Shown piece by piece: positions 48,413 through 57,543 of a stretch of DNA of 64,000 nucleotides. The notes beneath the pieces were generated by a model. It saw nothing but the letters and a program-made list of their open reading frames with translations. It made no database searches and was not told where the DNA came from. The DNA comes from Roseibacillus sp. (GTDB lineage: Bacteria > Verrucomicrobiota > Verrucomicrobiia > Verrucomicrobiales > Akkermansiaceae): positions 1-64,000 of the forward strand of contig JBPOGI010000004.1 in the NCBI GenBank assembly GCA_051251855.1, written 5' to 3'. A program made the position numbers and the translations under genes. Position 1 is the stretch's first letter. Every line of letters begins with the position of its first letter.

Positions 48413-48826
48413 CTAGTTCTCAGCAAAAATCGCTACTGCTTCTTTAAGATTTTCCATAAAAATAGGATCACTTGTCAGCTTCTTGAACATCTTTAGTGAA
48501 CCATAGGTCAACCCCATCAGAGAGACCATCCAGAACACGCTCAGCAACACACTCCCGCCCTTCGGACTGATGATCGGTTTCAACACCGTCTTTTTCTCAA
48601 CGACCTGAGTTTTAAACATCAGCCCCCCCTCTCCTAACTTCGTGATAAGCTTGTCCGCCGACGAATTTGAATTCGCTATCATCCGATAGCGATACTTGTT
48701 AGATGGCGACACTGGCAACTCTCTTACCTTGATCCCCCGAGGTAATTTCTCTGGTAACCGCAGAGTATAGACATGAGTCTGAAGGAGTAGTTTCTCTCGA
48801 AGCCAGTGATCGACAGGGGTGAGCAT
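48413..48826 (-). CDS. Hypothetical membrane protein in the pilus operon
   Basis: Basic N-terminal domain plus one C-terminal TM; located between pilC and the minor pilin. Confidence 0.72.
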   Translation of the reverse strand: MLTPVDHWLREKLLLQTHVYTLRLPEKLPRGIKVRELPVSPSNKYRYRMIANSNSSADKLITKLGEGGLMFKTQVVEKKTVLKPIISPKGGSVLLSVFWMVSLMGLTYGSLKMFKKLTSDPIFMENLKEAVAIFAEN

Positions 48827-48837
48827 AATATTGAGGG

Positions 48838-49989
48838 TTAGAATCCTGAGTTCATCATCTTTGGCCCCATCATGAAGATTGGCATGAAGGTTCCGATAAA
48901 GACGGAAGCAATGAGAATAACAGCAATAATCAAAACCAGAAGGTTAAGAATGTTCGTGAAGTCGCTCATGTGGTTCTGAGCTTCCTCTTCTAACATCTCT
49001 GAAAGAAGCTTCAGTTGCATATCAAGGGAAGCGGTCCTCTCTCCAATCGCCAACATATGAACCACTTGATCGTCGGCAGAAGTATACCGTCCAAAGGCAG
49101 TTGTGATTGGAACCCCTGTGTGCTCATACTTGTCAGCTGCAGTAAGTAGCTCCTTATAAAAAGGCGTTCTTTTAACACTGTTTGCCGATACTCGAATCGA
49201 TTTTGCTAGGTTGATTCCATTTGAGTAAAGCAGCTCCATCGTACCGAGAAAGGTTGATTGACGAAGACTCATAATAAGCAAGCGAAAGACCCTCCATTTG
49301 GACATCAACAAAACCATGGCAAAGTTGCGGACCTTATCAACAAAGGCCACCGTACAAATGGCCGCGATCATTAAGGGCAAAGCAAACATCCATACGTCCT
49401 GGGTAAAGTGACTCACCTTAAAAGCAATAGCGGTGAATCCATCGGGCTCCTGCCCAACATCTGTGAGCATCTCCTCAACTTGAGGAACAATTTTCACCTG
49501 CGCCATAATGAAAGCGCCGATCAAAATCGAGATCACAATTGAAGGCATGATGGTCGCCTTCCGAATCGCGGCCTCAAACGAGAGATCTGATTTAATCCTT
49601 TTAGCCAATGCAGTAAATGCTCGGTCCAATTGACCAGAATCCGAACCAGCCTGAATCAGGCCCAACGTCATATCGTTGAATCGGCCAGTCTTGCGAAACG
49701 CCTCATGAATAGAAACACCCGCGGTAATCTCTCGATTCACTTTCATCAAGTCTCCGGAGAGGACCTTGTTAGGAAGACCTTGCGCATAGAAGCGAACGGC
49801 GTCCGCGGTGTTGATCTGAGCCTTCAGCATGGAGCCAATTCCTCGAAAGAGTTGTAGCTGCTCCTTTTTCTTGAGTGGCTTCGGTCCCGCCGGCCCAATC
49901 GTAATGAAAGGTTTAGCTGCGGGCTTGGCCTGACCTCGAGCCCCTTTTCCTGCGCTCGCGGGCGCTTGTTTTGCTGTAGCACTATTCAT
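48838..49989 (-). CDS. pilC: Type IV pilus/T2SS platform protein (PilC/GspF family)
   Basis: Two T2SSF domains (LIQAGSDSGQLD and MLAIGERTASLD), three TMs, C-terminal FMPIF. Confidence 0.9.
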   Translation of the reverse strand: MNSATAKQAPASAGKGARGQAKPAAKPFITIGPAGPKPLKKKEQLQLFRGIGSMLKAQINTADAVRFYAQGLPNKVLSGDLMKVNREITAGVSIHEAFRKTGRFNDMTLGLIQAGSDSGQLDRAFTALAKRIKSDLSFEAAIRKATIMPSIVISILIGAFIMAQVKIVPQVEEMLTDVGQEPDGFTAIAFKVSHFTQDVWMFALPLMIAAICTVAFVDKVRNFAMVLLMSKWRVFRLLIMSLRQSTFLGTMELLYSNGINLAKSIRVSANSVKRTPFYKELLTAADKYEHTGVPITTAFGRYTSADDQVVHMLAIGERTASLDMQLKLLSEMLEEEAQNHMSDFTNILNLLVLIIAVILIASVFIGTFMPIFMMGPKMMNSGF

Positions 49990-51676
49990 CAGTATAAGTC
50001 ATATCGATGACCTTGCTGAGGGCAGCAAGATCGGTTTTTCCTTCAGCAAGGCTCTTCAAGCCGCTTTTTCTCAAGTTGGGTAACTTGCCTTCTTCTTGAA
50101 CTCTCACCTCAAGTTCATAAGGAGTGAGCACCCCTTTCGAAAGTTCATCTGAAATCTTAGGTGTAATTGGGATGATCTCCAAGATTGCTGAACGTCCTGA
50201 ATATCCGCTCTGACGGCACTCTGAACAGCCGCCCTTACGAGCTTTGAATACTGGTCGATCAGCCCACTCATCTCCAAGGTTGAAAATACGACGGTCTCGG
50301 TCCGCAATCCCATCGAGAGCCTCCTTACAGTGAGGGCATAAAACCTTGAGCAATCTCTGAGCACAGGCAGCCTTCAATGTTTGCGCGATCTTCCATCGCT
50401 CAACACCAAGCTGCTCAAAACGCTCGATAATCTGGGAAGCTCGCGGAGTGTGAATCGTTGTGAGAACCTTGTGACCAGTAACAGCCGCTTCGACCGCAAG
50501 TTCTGCAGACTCAAGGTCTCGAACCTCACCCATGAGAATAATATCTGGATCACTCCGCATAAAGGAGGTGATCATAGGCTTAAATTCATCGGCGCTTTTC
50601 AGGTCACAATGCGTTACACCAGCAATCTCATCCTCCACTGGGTTTTCCAGTGTTAGAATGTTCACCTCAGGGCGATTTAACTCGCGAAGCATCGCATTCA
50701 AGGTGGTTGACTTACCCGATCCGGTGGGACCACTCATCACAATAATACCCGCAGGCACCTTCATGACCCTATCGAGCTCAAAGAGAGTCTCGTCATCAAA
50801 AGCCAAAGAGCCCTTACCCAAGGTCACGTTAATGTGGCTCTTGTCGAGAAGTCGCATCGTGAGGTGGTAACCTCGATAGGTCTTGTGACGCTCATATCGA
50901 ATGTCAATTGGACGGTGAAAATATGAAATCGTGAAACGCCCCGAGATGCCCGGCTTGGTATTTCGTGTCTCAGTCGGGAGTTTCATCAAACTCAGGAAAA
51001 ATGCATCAATGCGATCCTTGAGTTTCATCGGAATTTCGACTTTATCCCCGAGATCGCCATCGACCCGAAAAGAATAGTAGAAGACTTCTTTCTCTACTTT
51101 GAAGTGAATATCAGACGCCCTTAGCTTGGTCGCTGTCGACAGAATTGTCGCAGCAAGTCGTGCAATTGGCTCTTCGTATTCAGTAGTAACATTGAAGTCT
51201 TTGATCTTGTCGTCGTTGTCTTCGACTTCGATCCCTTCCAACTCGGTCTGATTGGGACCTGCAGCTCCAGAGAGTCTCTCAATGGCTCCACTGATCTCTG
51301 AAGACGTTGTGACAACTTTCTCAATGCGAAAATCTGGGAATCTCAGTGACAGATACTCATCTGGAAGTTGAGACCATGGATTAGCGATTGCGACGAGAAG
51401 AGCCCCATCTGTAACGCAAACAGGCGTAAAGCCCTCCCGCGTCAGAATCGCTGGGTCACATTTTTCCAGCAAAGAAGGCTCACAAAACTCCGCAAGTTTC
51501 GGCAAAAACGAAAGGCCGTTAATCTCCGCCACAGCGGCCATAAAGATTGGTCTCGTAACTCGGTTTGCTACTTGATCGTGAGTCAAGCTTCCATGTGACG
51601 CATCATGAGTCCCCAAACATGCAAGAATCTGAGAGCTCACTACGTCGTTAAAACGAATGCCATCGAATTCAATCAT
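49982..51676 (-). CDS. pilB: Type IV pilus extension ATPase (PilB/GspE family)
   Basis: ASDIH, Walker A GPTGSGKST, TLENPVE, RSDPDIILMGEVRD, TGHKVLTTIH and the zinc tetracysteine CPHC...CSEC. Confidence 0.93.
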   Translation of the reverse strand: MIEFDGIRFNDVVSSQILACLGTHDASHGSLTHDQVANRVTRPIFMAAVAEINGLSFLPKLAEFCEPSLLEKCDPAILTREGFTPVCVTDGALLVAIANPWSQLPDEYLSLRFPDFRIEKVVTTSSEISGAIERLSGAAGPNQTELEGIEVEDNDDKIKDFNVTTEYEEPIARLAATILSTATKLRASDIHFKVEKEVFYYSFRVDGDLGDKVEIPMKLKDRIDAFFLSLMKLPTETRNTKPGISGRFTISYFHRPIDIRYERHKTYRGYHLTMRLLDKSHINVTLGKGSLAFDDETLFELDRVMKVPAGIIVMSGPTGSGKSTTLNAMLRELNRPEVNILTLENPVEDEIAGVTHCDLKSADEFKPMITSFMRSDPDIILMGEVRDLESAELAVEAAVTGHKVLTTIHTPRASQIIERFEQLGVERWKIAQTLKAACAQRLLKVLCPHCKEALDGIADRDRRIFNLGDEWADRPVFKARKGGCSECRQSGYSGRSAILEIIPITPKISDELSKGVLTPYELEVRVQEEGKLPNLRKSGLKSLAEGKTDLAALSKVIDMTYTDE

Positions 51677-52248
51677 TGCTCGAATTGCCTTCTACAAATG
51701 GTTTCCCAAGATGACAAATCGAGAAGAAACATGGAAAGATAGGGAGTCATTCCCGTCTTCGCTTCGAAATAATCCGCCACGAAGGACGAAAGGTGTAAAC
51801 CCGCTACAGGGTTAATCGTTCCAAAGCCGAGAACATCGGTATCTTCCGAAAAGATCAGTGGACACCTCACCGCCGATGCGGCCTCAAGAATCGTACTGTA
51901 TTTTTCAAAGAGGTTAGATGAGCCGAGTAACTTCTCCGCAAATGGAATCAAAGAATATCTCTTCTTCACGATGGGAGCAATAGCCCGCCCCCACCCCGCG
52001 ACAGTCGAGGATTGCGCCCCCTCTTCGATTCCTCGTAACTTCGCCATCACAGGCAAGATATCACCTACGTTGACGTTGTTAGAGTCGAGGTAACTACTGA
52101 ACCCTTCTCTCTCAACCTCACGAATGATGCCTGCTGTCGTGAGAGCGGCTAACGTCTCATCACGAACAGTCACGGTCATTTCTGGTATATCAGTCGTAGC
52201 AACCGAATTAGCAGGAGATGCTACAGGGGATGATTCCACTACTTGCAT
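51673..52248 (-). CDS. Hypothetical protein, possibly a stand-alone PilB/GspE N-terminal-like domain
   Basis: ATGA-coupled to pilB; its C-terminal CPLIFSEDTDVLGFGTINP resembles FTPVCVTDGALLVAIANP in the pilB N-domain. Confidence 0.65.
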   Translation of the reverse strand: MQVVESSPVASPANSVATTDIPEMTVTVRDETLAALTTAGIIREVEREGFSSYLDSNNVNVGDILPVMAKLRGIEEGAQSSTVAGWGRAIAPIVKKRYSLIPFAEKLLGSSNLFEKYSTILEAASAVRCPLIFSEDTDVLGFGTINPVAGLHLSSFVADYFEAKTGMTPYLSMFLLDLSSWETICRRQFEQ

Positions 52249-52283
52249 TACATTGAATGGGGGATCTGCTTCGAGCCAACCGG

Positions 52284-53969
52284 CTATCGACGCGTATTCT
52301 GAACACCACGAGAGAGGTCGCTACGAATCGCACGCATAGTGCGACAGTAGTCAGCTTCATGTGCCGCTCCTGGAGCAACTGGATTCACTGAATCGTGGCC
52401 CTTTTGAAGGGACAGAGTCTGAGTCAATCGCTGAGTGGTCGCGTAATTTCGCGCCTCGTCTTCTGGAGAGTACGAAGTAGGAGTGACCACAAAAATCAAG
52501 CTTGAGCTCTCTTTGGAAGTCTCCTTGCTCTTGAACAGGAAGTTCAAGAATGGAATATCACCGAAGAACGGGACCTTTGTGCCGTCCTTTGACTCAACCT
52601 CGGAATAGAAGCCTCCGATCAAGAGAGAATGACCATTTGGAATCCTTGCGATGGTATCGATCATCGACTCGGCAACTCGAGGATAGCTGTTGCCAGTGAT
52701 GCCTTCGATTTGTTCAACAACCTGAGCTGAGCGGGGCCTCATTTTGAGACGAATCGTTCCATCAGGCAAGAGGGACGGAGTTACAGCAACAGTGATTCCA
52801 ATCTCACGTGTAGTTGCCGGATCACCCACGGGGTCGCTTTCATCTACAGTATAGCGAACCTCTTCGGTCACAGTCACATTGCCATCACCTGAATTGGAGC
52901 CAGTGACACTCGTAGTAATAATTGGCACTCGATCGATAATTGAGATCACAGCCTGCTCATTATCCTCTGTAATCACAACAGGGTTAGACTTCTGAGTCAC
53001 GAGGCTGCCTTCATTAAGAGCTCTAATCACCCCATTCAATTGAAAAGGAGAGAGGACGAAGTTACTATCACTGGAGGAGGCGCCTGACACAGCCGAAGAG
53101 GTGACACCAAAGAGTGAACTCAGGTCTGCAATTGCCCCGAGACCGAGACCAGTTGCGCCAAGGGTCGAAGCCCAGTTGGTTCCAAGGCGAGAAACTGCAG
53201 TGCTGTTTACAGATAGAATCTTCACTTCAACCACGATCTGGCCTTGAGGGCGGTCAACCGCCTTGAAGAAATTCTCAACACGTTCAATGCGCTGAGGAGT
53301 ATCGATAACAACTACCGTATTCGTCTTCGGCTCATAGTTTACGAGTCCGGTTCCAGGAGACAGGTAAGGCTGAACCATGTTCTTGATTCCCTCAATGTCA
53401 CTAGGACGGAGATACCGGAGCTGGTAGTGCCATTCCTTACTAGGGAGGTCGGTCATCTGGTCTTTGGTCAGCGCATAGACAGTGTTCCCCTTCTCGTACA
53501 TCTCAATCCCATATTGGAACGCGAGTTCTTCCATCTTTCCAAGAGGATCTCCTGGAATAAGACGACCAGTGACTCTGAACTCTTCCGACGCAATACGAGG
53601 ATTGTGGAAATACTGCCGATTGGCATTTTCAGCCAACAACTGGAAGACATCGTTCAGACTTGCATCAGTAAGTTGATACGCACCGGAGCTCTTATCAATA
53701 GCGGGAACCACCTCGGGCAACTGCTCTTCCATGGGCACTCCTTCAGGTACTGTATTCGAGGTAGCTGGTGGAAGTTCAACCTCAGCAGGCTCTGGAAGAT
53801 AGTCATCAAACGGAGGCAACTCCTGAGGAGGAACTTCAGTGGGCGATTCCCCCTCGCCAGCTGGGCGGGCAGGTGGAAGTTCTTCAGGCGATTGAGCGAA
53901 TAGCGGCAAGGCCATTGCTAGTGGGAGGACGACGGCAAGCGTCTTCAGTTTTTTAGGCAGCAGTTTCAT
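52284..53969 (-). CDS. Outer membrane secretin (PilQ/GspD family)
   Basis: Signal peptide; N0 (ASLNDVFQLLA); N3 (YQLRY...TNTVVVIDTP); secretin domain QIVVEVKI, IGITVAVTP, GHSLLIGG and KVPFFGDIPFLNFLF. ATG 53969 chosen as start. Confidence 0.93.
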   Translation of the reverse strand: MKLLPKKLKTLAVVLPLAMALPLFAQSPEELPPARPAGEGESPTEVPPQELPPFDDYLPEPAEVELPPATSNTVPEGVPMEEQLPEVVPAIDKSSGAYQLTDASLNDVFQLLAENANRQYFHNPRIASEEFRVTGRLIPGDPLGKMEELAFQYGIEMYEKGNTVYALTKDQMTDLPSKEWHYQLRYLRPSDIEGIKNMVQPYLSPGTGLVNYEPKTNTVVVIDTPQRIERVENFFKAVDRPQGQIVVEVKILSVNSTAVSRLGTNWASTLGATGLGLGAIADLSSLFGVTSSAVSGASSSDSNFVLSPFQLNGVIRALNEGSLVTQKSNPVVITEDNEQAVISIIDRVPIITTSVTGSNSGDGNVTVTEEVRYTVDESDPVGDPATTREIGITVAVTPSLLPDGTIRLKMRPRSAQVVEQIEGITGNSYPRVAESMIDTIARIPNGHSLLIGGFYSEVESKDGTKVPFFGDIPFLNFLFKSKETSKESSSLIFVVTPTSYSPEDEARNYATTQRLTQTLSLQKGHDSVNPVAPGAAHEADYCRTMRAIRSDLSRGVQNTRR

Positions 53970-54015
53970 AGTTTGGCAAGGGTGAGATAAGTAAAGAAAG
54001 AGGAAGAACAGTCCT

Positions 54016-54624
54016 CTAGTCTGGCCCGGGGCCACCGGGAAGATTTAGGTCGAGTTTGATATTCTTAGGCTGACTGGTATCAACTTCATGGATTCCACCA
54101 GCGATGCTTTGGCCATGACTCCCCTGTTTGATTCCTTTGGGGAGGCGGGTCATCTTACGAAGCCCAAGCTTCTTAGACTTCATTTCTCTAAAGTAGGCTC
54201 CAGTAGAGCGAGACCCTTCGAAGCGGAGAACTACGGTTTGCCCTTGGAAGGCAAGTTCTAACGTTTCTCCCTTTGAGAGTGGAGGCACACCGCTAAGAAC
54301 AACCCGATCGCCCATTGGGTCGATCATTGTGACAGGGAGCGCATCAAGAATTCTCTGGAGTGGAATCGTTGGCTTAGGCTGGACTACAGCTACAACCTTC
54401 TTCTGCTTACTAAGCTTAGCCTTCTTAGGATCTTGAGGACGACCGAACATGTCGAACTCTTTCCCTTGAATCGCAAGCAGCTCTTTACGACCTTCGATAA
54501 AATCATCGATCGCTCCAAGCTCATCCCGAGCATCGATTGAAAGAGTCATCTCGCCGCTCTTTTGCTCTGCTGCTTGAGCAAATGAGGCCGAGGCAAAGAT
54601 AAGAGTATATAAGAGATTTTTCAT
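54016..54624 (-). CDS. Secreted pilus accessory protein (positional PilP/GspC-like)
   Basis: Signal peptide; lies between the PilO-like gene and the secretin; TAATG coupling. The function is inferred from position only. Confidence 0.6.
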   Translation of the reverse strand: MKNLLYTLIFASASFAQAAEQKSGEMTLSIDARDELGAIDDFIEGRKELLAIQGKEFDMFGRPQDPKKAKLSKQKKVVAVVQPKPTIPLQRILDALPVTMIDPMGDRVVLSGVPPLSKGETLELAFQGQTVVLRFEGSRSTGAYFREMKSKKLGLRKMTRLPKGIKQGSHGQSIAGGIHEVDTSQPKNIKLDLNLPGGPGPD

Positions 54625-55163
54625 TAGTTGATCCACGCAGAGTAGGAGATTTCGGCCTCGAGTAGTTGACCACTGTCTTGCGGCTTGATACCGATAGAAT
54701 TAAGACTGAGATTTGGCAGACGAGACTCCAACGAAAGGAGGCTTTCTTGAAGGGCCTGATAAGTCCCTGTCACGGAAATATTGTAGGTGACGCTATTCTG
54801 TTTACTTGCAGCGCCGATCCCGGTCGCTCTATCGACAAAGGCAAAGTCCTTTTGCTTAAACTTGTCCCCTGCCTTGTATTTTGAGGAAATGTCCTTAAGG
54901 AGGCCTGTCACTGAACCCACATCTGAGGACTTGAGCAGAGTATCCCAGTCCCTCTTCTTCACTTTGTATTTCTGCAGTTGCGCTTCCACTCCGGCAGCGG
55001 CCTTTTCGGCCTGGAGGTTAGCGGTCTGCACCTTCAACCTGCTATCATACTCCTTCACAACGCTTGCCTTTTTCGATGACAAGAAGCCAAAGATGACAAT
55101 GAGCAATAAGAGTGGTACAATGGCACCAAAGACAAGAATTCCGTTTTTGTATCGTGGGTTCAT
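54624..55163 (-). CDS. PilO/GspM-like alignment protein
   Basis: N-terminal TM, coiled coil and ferredoxin-like YNISVTGTYQALQESLLSLESRLPNL pattern. Confidence 0.72.
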   Translation of the reverse strand: MNPRYKNGILVFGAIVPLLLLIVIFGFLSSKKASVVKEYDSRLKVQTANLQAEKAAAGVEAQLQKYKVKKRDWDTLLKSSDVGSVTGLLKDISSKYKAGDKFKQKDFAFVDRATGIGAASKQNSVTYNISVTGTYQALQESLLSLESRLPNLSLNSIGIKPQDSGQLLEAEISYSAWIN

Positions 55164-55169
55164 AATGCT

Positions 55170-56915
55170 CTAGAGTTTAGTGAGTGGGACTGCCAATGGA
55201 TCACCAGCTTCAATCCGCTGAGTGATCTCCAAAGAAAACTTATAAGGATAAGAACTACCGGAGCTTTTAGGAGCGTCCGACTTGAAGCTCGAGTTCTCTG
55301 ATAGATCGAGGTTTACGAGGAGACTGCGTGTGTTCTTTTTTAAATCAAAAGAACTATTTCCCGTGGTCTGCCGAACGGTCGAGAACACCTCCCCCATCCC
55401 AGCTTGAGTGTTGAGCTTAACGAGATTGGCAGTAGCCTCTTCCCTTGCAAAACCAGTAATAGTCCATTTCTTGACGAGACCCACTGTTCCCAACTTAGCG
55501 GTTGATGCCTGCTCAGCCGAAGCCCTGTGGTCAGCACTTTCGAATTTGACCGAACCATCAAGCGGGAACAAACTCGAAAAGAGTTCAAGCGTCACCCACC
55601 CTTTTGAACGATCCGCAAGATACTTCTCGGTCGTCCTGACTTTCGACAAATCATTCGAGAGGGCGAGAGTCGCGCTACTCGCCTTTTCTCCATCTTTCCA
55701 AACCGGGGAGGAAGTCTTTTTAAAGGAGGTAAAGGCTACAAAAGCACCGAAGAGAACACAGGCAGCAACCCCAACACGGGCAAGGATGCGACCAATGCGA
55801 AGAATCTTCATATCCACCGCTCCAGGGATGAGTTCAAGTTCATCCTGAGTAGGGCTTAAGAAGTCTTGCAAATGATACCCATCTGCAATGTTTGCTCCAA
55901 AGGTCTCAGTTTCTGAAAACGCTAAGCCAGCATTATCGTCCTCAATCTGAAAAGTGCTTAGCTCAATCGGTATTGATTCACCGTCTGTAGCAACAGGAGG
56001 AACGAAAACCTGATACTCTAAAGAAAAGAGAATTCCAGCCAACTCAGTCTCTAAGGAAGGCTCTCGGTTCACACGGCAGTCGAATACTTGAAGCTTCCAT
56101 TCAGCTAGCTCGACTGATGCAGCAGTGGTCGCGAAAGTACTCTCGAGACTATGAGGCAATTGCTTTCCAGTATGCTTGATGGACTTCAGAAGAATGAGTT
56201 CTCCTTCCGCTGAATAGAACCCGAAAAAGGAAAACTCCTCGAAACGCAGCATTGTGCAGAACGCTTTCTCCTGGGGACCAAGCGTCCGAGGTAGTCGGGA
56301 AAGAAGAAGCAAGGGAGAACTTAAGCCGATGGTACGAATGGGAAAATTTGAACGATTGCCCAGATTTCTAAATTCTTGGAGAATGGTTTCCCCTCGTCGG
56401 CTAGTAGCAACAGCACAGCCAGCATTAGCGACCTGCGGAGACGCAGGAGTAGGAAAGACTTGGAAAGAGAGTGACTCGTTAGAAAGAGTGCGATCCTGAA
56501 GAACAGAAGCCGGGTCCTCACGAATTAGGTCACGAAGAGTCGCTCCTGGTTGAATTTCGTTCCAATCTTGAATCGGAAACTCGAAAACAGATGCTTCTTG
56601 ATTGAGATGAAGAACCACTCCAAGAGAACGGCAGCTAGTCGGCAAGACTTCGAGCTGCAGGTAGCTAATATACTCTTCTAGGACAGAGCTATCAGCCTTA
56701 GTTGGAAGTGGAGTTAAGTTGGCCCACTTATTTTCAGCTTCACTCCAGAAGTAGGCTAAGTAGCGGGAACCCGATTCAAATAAGTGAACCTGGTGAGGAA
56801 GAAGATGAGCATCACGATACCAATCGGGATTCTTACCGCGCGAAGTATCCTTGAGGAGGCTACGAGCATAGGCGTAGTCTTTCAAGAAATGAGGTGCTGA
56901 TTTTTCGTCTTCCAT
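55170..56915 (-). CDS. PilM-PilN fusion / GspL-like alignment protein
   Basis: Large cytoplasmic domain (about 370 aa), one TM (VGVAACVLFGAFVAF) and a periplasmic domain with PilN-like WTITGFA; precedes the PilO-like gene. Confidence 0.62.
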   Translation of the reverse strand: MEDEKSAPHFLKDYAYARSLLKDTSRGKNPDWYRDAHLLPHQVHLFESGSRYLAYFWSEAENKWANLTPLPTKADSSVLEEYISYLQLEVLPTSCRSLGVVLHLNQEASVFEFPIQDWNEIQPGATLRDLIREDPASVLQDRTLSNESLSFQVFPTPASPQVANAGCAVATSRRGETILQEFRNLGNRSNFPIRTIGLSSPLLLLSRLPRTLGPQEKAFCTMLRFEEFSFFGFYSAEGELILLKSIKHTGKQLPHSLESTFATTAASVELAEWKLQVFDCRVNREPSLETELAGILFSLEYQVFVPPVATDGESIPIELSTFQIEDDNAGLAFSETETFGANIADGYHLQDFLSPTQDELELIPGAVDMKILRIGRILARVGVAACVLFGAFVAFTSFKKTSSPVWKDGEKASSATLALSNDLSKVRTTEKYLADRSKGWVTLELFSSLFPLDGSVKFESADHRASAEQASTAKLGTVGLVKKWTITGFAREEATANLVKLNTQAGMGEVFSTVRQTTGNSSFDLKKNTRSLLVNLDLSENSSFKSDAPKSSGSSYPYKFSLEITQRIEAGDPLAVPLTKL

Positions 56916-56939
56916 GGGAAAAAATTAGAGAGTGAAATC

Positions 56940-56967
56940 CCCCTCCAGAAACGAAGTTCTGGAGGGG
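56940..56967 (-). terminator. Stem-loop immediately downstream of the pilin (partial terminator or mRNA stabiliser)
   Basis: Minus strand CCCCTCCAGAA-CTTCGT-TTCTGGAGGGG; 11-bp perfect stem with a weak U tract. Confidence 0.65.
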
Positions 56968-56993
56968 AAAGTAGAAAGGTAGCTTAAGCTATC

Positions 56994-57479
56994 TTATTGA
57001 ATGTTCTTAGGAAGGTAGAATTCTGCAGTCTCATCACCAGTTTCAGCACTAGTCATGTAGGGAGTACCCAAAGCAGGAATTGTCTCGAAGTCAGATGCTC
57101 CAGCAACGAAAGACTCGGCGCTGTCAGGGTGTACGGGGAGGTCACCCAAGTTCTCAGTTTCAACATACTTCTGTGGTCCGAAAACCTCCTCTTGGAGAAC
57201 TCCAGCAGTGCCTTCGTTTCCAGCAGCAGTCCAAGCAGCAGAATAGGTGATATCGACAGCGCCGGTATCAAGTCCCATGATGTTAGAGTGTGAGCGCACA
57301 CCTTGCTGAGCGTTACGGATCAAGAGAGCCGCGTTCGCACGGTCTGAACCACGCATCCACGCACGGGCGCCGATGAAGAGTACAGAGATGAGAGAAAGAA
57401 GAACGAGGATTACAACAGTAAGCTCGATCAAGGTCATTCCCTTATTAGACTTGTTAGTCTTGGTATTAGTCAGTTTCAT
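56994..57479 (-). CDS. Type IV pilin, probably the major subunit
   Basis: Class III signal NKSNKG|MTLIELTVVILVLLSLISVLFIG; A-rich 5' leader and 3' hairpin suggest high expression. Confidence 0.9.
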   Translation of the reverse strand: MKLTNTKTNKSNKGMTLIELTVVILVLLSLISVLFIGARAWMRGSDRANAALLIRNAQQGVRSHSNIMGLDTGAVDITYSAAWTAAGNEGTAGVLQEEVFGPQKYVETENLGDLPVHPDSAESFVAGASDFETIPALGTPYMTSAETGDETAEFYLPKNIQ

Positions 57480-57543
57480 TTTATTTCGGTTTGTTTTGTT
57501 TTGTTTGTTTTGCGTTCGGTAAAACGCGATTTTCGAGAGGCAC

